Below, in pieces: positions 59,102-64,000 of a stretch of DNA of 64,000 bases; positions within the stretch are counted from its first letter, which is position 1; each line of letters opens with the position of its first letter. A program made the translations under genes and the position numbers. The DNA comes from an uncultured delta proteobacterium (GTDB taxonomy: Bacteria; Desulfobacterota; Desulfuromonadia; Geobacterales; DSM-12255): the NCBI GenBank assembly GCA_963787125.1, contig CAWBBV010000007.1, positions 320,001-384,000 of the forward strand, in the 5' to 3' direction. A model generated the notes under the pieces. That model saw only the letters and a program-made list of their open reading frames with translations. It did not search any database and was not told the origin of the DNA.

Positions 59102-59137
59102 GAGGGCGTGGTTGAAACTGTCAATCACGCCCTTTTT
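59102..59137 (+). terminator. Intrinsic terminator after lysC
   Basis: AGGGCGTGGTTGA...TCAATCACGCCCT followed by a T-tract. Confidence 0.8.
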
Positions 59138-59328
59138 CCGTCTTACTTGAATCTTAAGTATCAGTAAGGTTATGCGGCTAATAATTTATCGCTGCTAAAT
59201 TTACATGTAATATTTGGAAGAAAAGCCATTCAGGCTAATTTCACTGTTGAAAAGTTTCGAAAATCGTTATAGAAATATCAGCTCTAACCGTTATCAGGGT
59301 TATATTCTTATCTGCAGGAAGGTGAACC

Positions 59329-60913
59329 ATGAGTCTAGTGAAGCTTTACGATACAACTCTACGTGACGGCACCCAGTCCGAAGACATTTCGTTTCTCCTT
59401 GAAGATAAGATCAGGATTACCCACCGCCTTGATGAGGCGGGTATTCACTATGTAGAAGGTGGCTGGCCTGGGAGTAACCCCAAGGATGTTGCCTTCTTTA
59501 AAGAGATCAAGAAGGAGAAGCTGCAGCAGACGAAGATTGCTGCCTTCGGTTCAACCCGCCGGGCAAAAGTCACCCCGGCCAAAGATCAAAATATCAAGTT
59601 ACTGGTTCAGGCTGAGCCTGATTGCATTACTATTTTCGGCAAGACCTGGGATTTTCATGTTCGCGAGGCGTCTACGGATCTCCCTGGAAGAGAATCTGGA
59701 GCTGATTCATGATTCCCTCGCCTATCTTAAGGCTCGGGCACCGGAGGTGATTTACGATGCGGAGCATTTTTTTGACGGCTATAGAGCTAATCCGGACTAT
59801 GCCATCAAGACCCTTTTGGCGGCAGAGGCAGCCGGTGTTGATTGCATAACCCTTTGCGATACCAATGGCGGTAATCTCCCCTATGCGATTGCCGACATCA
59901 TCGATCAGGTTAAAAAGAAGATCAAGACTCCGCTGGGTATTCATACCCATAATGACAGTGAATGCGCTGTGGCCAATACCATCATGGCTGTAGAACATGG
60001 GATAGTCCATGTGCAGGGGACTATCAACGGTTTTGGTGAAAGGTGTGGTAATGCCAACCTCTGTTCCATTATCCCGGCGCTGAAGTTGAAGATGAAGCGC
60101 GACTGCATCACCGATGAGCAGCTTCGCCGTTTGCGGGATCTGTCCCGCTATGTTTATGAGCTGGCGAACTTTGCTCCGCCCAAGCATCAGGCGTATGTAG
60201 GCAACGCTGCTTTTGCCCACAAGGGTGGAGTCCACGTTAGCGCCATTCAGCGTCACCCGGAGACTTACGAGCATATCAGGCCCGAGATTGTCGGGAACAC
60301 CACTCGCGTTCTTATTTCCGACCTTTCCGGCCGAGCCAACATTCTTGCCAAGGCAGCCGAGTTCAATATTAATCTTGATAGCAAAGATCCGGTGACTCTG
60401 GACATTCTTGACAATATCAAGGAGATGGAGAACCGTGGTTATCAGTTTGAAGGCGCGGATGCAACCTTCGAATTGATGATGAAACGTGCTCTTGGTACCC
60501 ACAAGAAATTCTTTTCGGTAACCGGATTCAGGGTTATCGACGAGAAGCGCCATGAAGACAAGCAGCCGGTTTCTGAAGCTACAGTAATGGTAAGGGTCGG
60601 GGGGAAGGTTGAACACACGGCAGCCGAAGGTAACGGCCCTGTAAATGCCCTCGATAATGCGCTTCGTAAAGCGCTTGAGAAGTTTTATCCCAAGCTTAAA
60701 GATGTCAAACTGCTTGACTATAAAGTGCGAGTCCTTCCTGCCGGCCAGGGGACAGCCTCTTCCATCCGTGTCTTGATTGAGTCGGGTGATAAGGAGAGTC
60801 GCTGGGGGACCGTCGGTGTTTCTGAAAACATCATTGAAGCCTCTTATCAAGCGTTGATTGATTCAATTGAATTCAAACTGCACAAGAGTGAAGACGAGGT
60901 CACAAAGAGTTGA
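59329..60913 (+). pseudogene. cimA: Citramalate synthase, frameshifted (+1 at about 59671; real lesion or sequence error)
   Basis: [10 protein letters not shown] in the first frame; [20 protein letters not shown] in the second; removing T59671 gives [14 protein letters not shown]. Confidence 0.85.
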
Positions 60914-61461
60914 GCAGCAGACGCTGGCGACTCAGCGTATATTTGCTTGTTGCACTGATTTCCGTGCCGTTGTTTAATAAAAGCCGGGCTCTTCCTGAAA
61001 AGTGGAGTCCGGCTTTTCTGCGTTTTACGACCGGATCTGTTCTGGTTAAAGTGAAAGGTGGTGAGGTGAATGGTGGGGTCTATCGGATTTTTGACGGTGA
61101 AACTGGCCCTGATGTCAAAAAAATGACACTAAGCGGTGTTGAGTATAATCTGAAGAGCAACACATCAGTCAATCGCCAACTTAAAGATGGGGCTGTGCTG
61201 GAGGTCTCAGGAGAGACTCTCAGGATTACAACCGAAAGGATGACTGCTGTTGAGTTGATTATGCTCGGGATTCCGCTTGATCCAAGCTCAATGTCAACTG
61301 CTGACTGGGGTTCACTGCCAGGGATAGGCCCGGTTCTGGCGAGTGAAATAATCGAGTATCGTCAAAAAAATGGCGCAATTTCTTCCCTGGAGGAGCTTGG
61401 AACCCTCTCCGGGCTAGGGCCAGGGAAGTTGAAAAGAATCAGGCCATTTTTTTACAAATGA
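60910..61461 (+). CDS. ComEA-like helix-hairpin-helix DNA-binding protein
   Basis: N-terminal [22 protein letters not shown]. Confidence 0.8.
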   Translation: MSSRRWRLSVYLLVALISVPLFNKSRALPEKWSPAFLRFTTGSVLVKVKGGEVNGGVYRIFDGETGPDVKKMTLSGVEYNLKSNTSVNRQLKDGAVLEVSGETLRITTERMTAVELIMLGIPLDPSSMSTADWGSLPGIGPVLASEIIEYRQKNGAISSLEELGTLSGLGPGKLKRIRPFFYK

Positions 61462-61605
61462 TAACATGCTGTAATGTGGCGTTTTTTTAGAATTGAATTG
61501 GCCGGGATTAATTGTAAGACTCTTTTTAGCAGCTGACGGCACACTTGATGTATTACAATTGCTCACTTAGTCGTACAGCAATTTAATCCAGCAGGGGGGG
61601 GCTAT

Positions 61606-61752
61606 ATGAAGTGTCCAAAGTGTAGAGGAAGAATGTATGCCGAGAAATATTACGATTTTGTCCGCTCTTTTGACGCTTGGAAATGTACCTGCTGCGGAGA
61701 GGTTCTTGATTCAACAATTATAGCCAACAGGATGAGAAATCTGTCCTCTTAA
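61606..61752 (+). CDS. 48-aa CxxC...CxxC small protein (below ORF-track cutoff)
   Basis: MKCPKCRGRMYAEKYYDFVRSFDAWKCTCCGEVLDSTIIANRMRNLSS; G-rich RBS; terminator at about 61785-61812. Confidence 0.8.
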   Translation: MKCPKCRGRMYAEKYYDFVRSFDAWKCTCCGEVLDSTIIANRMRNLSS

Positions 61753-61848
61753 AGAAACTGAATTTTTGACAGGTAAGTGAATCAGAGGGGGGCGGAAACG
61801 CTCCCTTTTTTTAATTACATCTCAGGATGAGTAAGGTGGCGTAGTTAC

Positions 61849-62209
61849 TCAGTAATGAGCAGGTTGAGCTTCCGTGCCAGCCAGCGGGTAGTGGTTGCCT
61901 GAATGATAATAGTCATCAGTATGGTAATGAAAGTAATAGAAGCGATGATCTCTGCGCCTGGCACTCTCATCCCCAGAAGGATGCCGGCAAGGGCTCCGGG
62001 GATTACCCCCGTTTCGCGGGTTCAACAGATAAAAGCATCTCTTTAATGCTCCATTTGGCGCGACGATCCGGAAGGGCACAACAGAAGACGGTCACAGGTC
62101 TGGCAATAAACATGAATACTAATACCAACGCTACACCTCCCCAAAGATATTTCCCCATCAAGCTAAAGTTTACCTGACTTCCCAGCAAAATGAAGATGAA
62201 CATCCTCAT
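61849..62209 (-). pseudogene. C-terminal remnant of CPA1 (NhaP-like) cation:proton antiporter
   Basis: FILLGSQ...IARPV...WSIKE, then a frameshift and TGA, then TRETGVIPGALAG...TIIIQATT. Confidence 0.75.
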
Positions 62210-62348
62210 AATCAGATTGCCGCTGATTCCATATGTCTACCGTCCTTTGAGGGAAGGCTAGCACCAACTACTTCCATTTGGAAGCAGTTGGCATTAAAAA
62301 AGGGCCTGTCAGTTGACAGACCCTCAGATTTTTTATGAATCTACTCTA

Positions 62349-62669
62349 TCAGGCAGTACTGGGTAGAAATTTCCCGCTCCTTCTGTAGAGGATTGCCGTG
62401 ATGGTTACCAACCAGGGTCCGGCGACCAGCAATACACCCATTGTTTGGGTAAAAATATGCTCAAGCTGCGACTGTTCCACAAGTCGTCCGTGGATAAATC
62501 CTGCCGCAACAAGCCCTCGCATGAACAGCGCTGCAGTAAGCGGCAGTAGGCCGGCTGCAGCCATAAAGAACACTCTATGCTTCCCCAGTTTCTTGAGGCT
62601 CCAGATGAGGATGAGCTGGCAAAGCGCATTCAGGGCAACAATGAAATAAATTAAGATGTGATCCTGCAT
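62349..62669 (-). CDS. Hypothetical membrane protein (three TM)
   Basis: Hydrophobic ORF with RBS, directly downstream of dctM. Confidence 0.65.
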   Translation of the reverse strand: MQDHILIYFIVALNALCQLILIWSLKKLGKHRVFFMAAAGLLPLTAALFMRGLVAAGFIHGRLVEQSQLEHIFTQTMGVLLVAGPWLVTITAILYRRSGKFLPSTA

Positions 62670-62691
62670 ACGGTGTCCCCCGTTTGTTTTA

Positions 62692-64000
62692 TTACATCAT
62701 TCCCATGATTTTCGGCAACCAGATGGAGAGCGACGGCCAATAGGTAACAATGACGAGAAACACCAACATAGTGCAAAGCCAAGGCATGACGGCCACGGTC
62801 AGTTCAGAAATGCTGAGTTTGGAGATGCCGCTGGCGACATACAGGTTCAGTCCGACCGGCGGGTGACAGAGGCCCACTTCCATGTTGGCGTCGATCAGGA
62901 TGCCGAAGTGCACCGGATCGATCCCCAGTTTCATCGCGGCAGGGAAGAGGATCGGGGCGAAGATCAGGATGATGGAGGATGGCTCCATGACGTTGCCCGC
63001 TAAGAGCAGTATCACGTTGACAACCATCAGGAAGGTGACGACACCCAGGTCTTTGCCGAGAATCCAGTCGGCCATGGCCTGGGGTATATTCTCGTGGGAC
63101 ATGAGGAACGAGAAGAGCACCGCGTTGGTGATGATATAAAGCAGCATGGCGCTCAGGTTGGCAGAGTTGAGCAGTACCCGCGGCACGTCCTTCATCCCCA
63201 TGTCCTTGTAGATGAAGATGGAGATGAAAAAGGCGTAGACCGCGCTCATGGCGGCTGCTTCGGTGGCTGTAAAGACGCCGGAATAGATGCCGCCGACGAT
63301 GATAACCACCAGCATCAAACCCCAGACGCTTTGGCGGAAGGTGCTGAAGCGCTCACTCCAGGAGGCTTTTGGCAAGCGAATGTAACCACGCTTCTTGGAG
63401 ATATACCAGGTAACGCAGCAGAGCATGATCGTCAGCAGTATTCCCGGTATCAGACCGGCAACGAAGAGGGCGCCGATGGAGGTGTTGGTGGCAATGGCGT
63501 AGACCACCTTGGGGATAGAGGGGAGCATAAGAATGCCGAGAGAACCGGCGCACACAATGATGCCGGCGCCAAAACGCATAGGATAGCCCTGTTTAACCAT
63601 GGCAGGCAGGATGATGGAGCCGATGGCGACCACAGTGGCGACGCTGGAGCCGCAGACCAGGGCAAACATGGAGCAGGCGAGGATGCCGGCAAGTCCCAGT
63701 CCGCCGTGAAAGTGGCCGATCATGCTGGTGGCAAAGGCGATCATCCGCTTGGCCACGCCGCCGTGTGTCAGGAAATTCCCGGCCAGGATAAAGAACGGGA
63801 TCGCCATGATCTCGAACTTCTCGATCCCGGTGAACAATTTAAGCGCCACCGCTTCGATCGGCACGTTGGTGAGGAGAAAGAGAAAGGTTAGAACGGTCAG
63901 GCCGAGGGCGATAGAGACAGGCACCCCGGTCAGCATCAGCGCCAAGAGGAGCGCGAAGACTATGCCGACATTGCCGTAGTAAAGGCTGACACCGATCAGG
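62692..64000 (-). CDS. dctM: TRAP transporter large permease (5' end outside the window; possibly a DctQM fusion)
   Basis: AIPFFILAG, GIYSGVFTATEAA, GIDPVHFG, PPVGLNL; frame is open to the window edge. Confidence 0.9.
   Translation of the reverse strand, partial: LIGVSLYYGNVGIVFALLLALMLTGVPVSIALGLTVLTFLFLLTNVPIEAVALKLFTGIEKFEIMAIPFFILAGNFLTHGGVAKRMIAFATSMIGHFHGGLGLAGILACSMFALVCGSSVATVVAIGSIILPAMVKQGYPMRFGAGIIVCAGSLGILMLPSIPKVVYAIATNTSIGALFVAGLIPGILLTIMLCCVTWYISKKRGYIRLPKASWSERFSTFRQSVWGLMLVVIIVGGIYSGVFTATEAAAMSAVYAFFISIFIYKDMGMKDVPRVLLNSANLSAMLLYIITNAVLFSFLMSHENIPQAMADWILGKDLGVVTFLMVVNVILLLAGNVMEPSSIILIFAPILFPAAMKLGIDPVHFGILIDANMEVGLCHPPVGLNLYVASGISKLSISELTVAVMPWLCTMLVFLVIVTYWPSLSIWLPKIMGMM

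Noticed and set aside
59672..60850. Long antisense ORFs (also 45532-46584, 39306-40226, 63094-63891, 2775-3425)
   Set aside because: They lie opposite well-supported genes and show no recognisable motifs; codon-bias shadows

Overview
This 64-kb window looks like a Geobacteraceae/Desulfuromonadia chromosome (inferred from gene content and order). Most of it is conserved housekeeping DNA: pepP-like, accBC, gcvH, mqnA, a GGDEF-EAL protein, an NtrY-like kinase, ubiB, queH, hda, ruvCAB, yebC, iclR-actP, galU, metF/metV, folD, divIVA, acpS, nnr, tsaE, lysC, cimA, comEA and dctM. The standout is a ~16.7-kb accessory block (about 1690-18340) between a sensor kinase and a sigma54 response regulator. 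It begins with a promoter, a c-di-GMP-I (GEMM-I) riboswitch and a terminator. Two tandem secreted ~1000-aa transglutaminase-fold proteins follow; they are close paralogues up to a TGAG(A/G)YMISGG motif and then carry unrelated AT-rich C-terminal tails, each followed by a different AT-rich small gene. The block ends with a ~2500-aa secreted alpha/alpha-toroid plus Ig/MG-like plus lectin-like protein. This architecture suggests a polymorphic toxin/immunity system with a dedicated partner; that reading is inference. An IS630 sits at the RBS of the giant gene, which is also frameshifted. Smaller accessory patches are two hicAB loci, an msrA-msrB-flavoprotein-DedA-ArsS-like cluster, rhuM with a YhcG remnant, and an antiporter pseudogene. 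No rRNA, tRNA or CRISPR array was seen.
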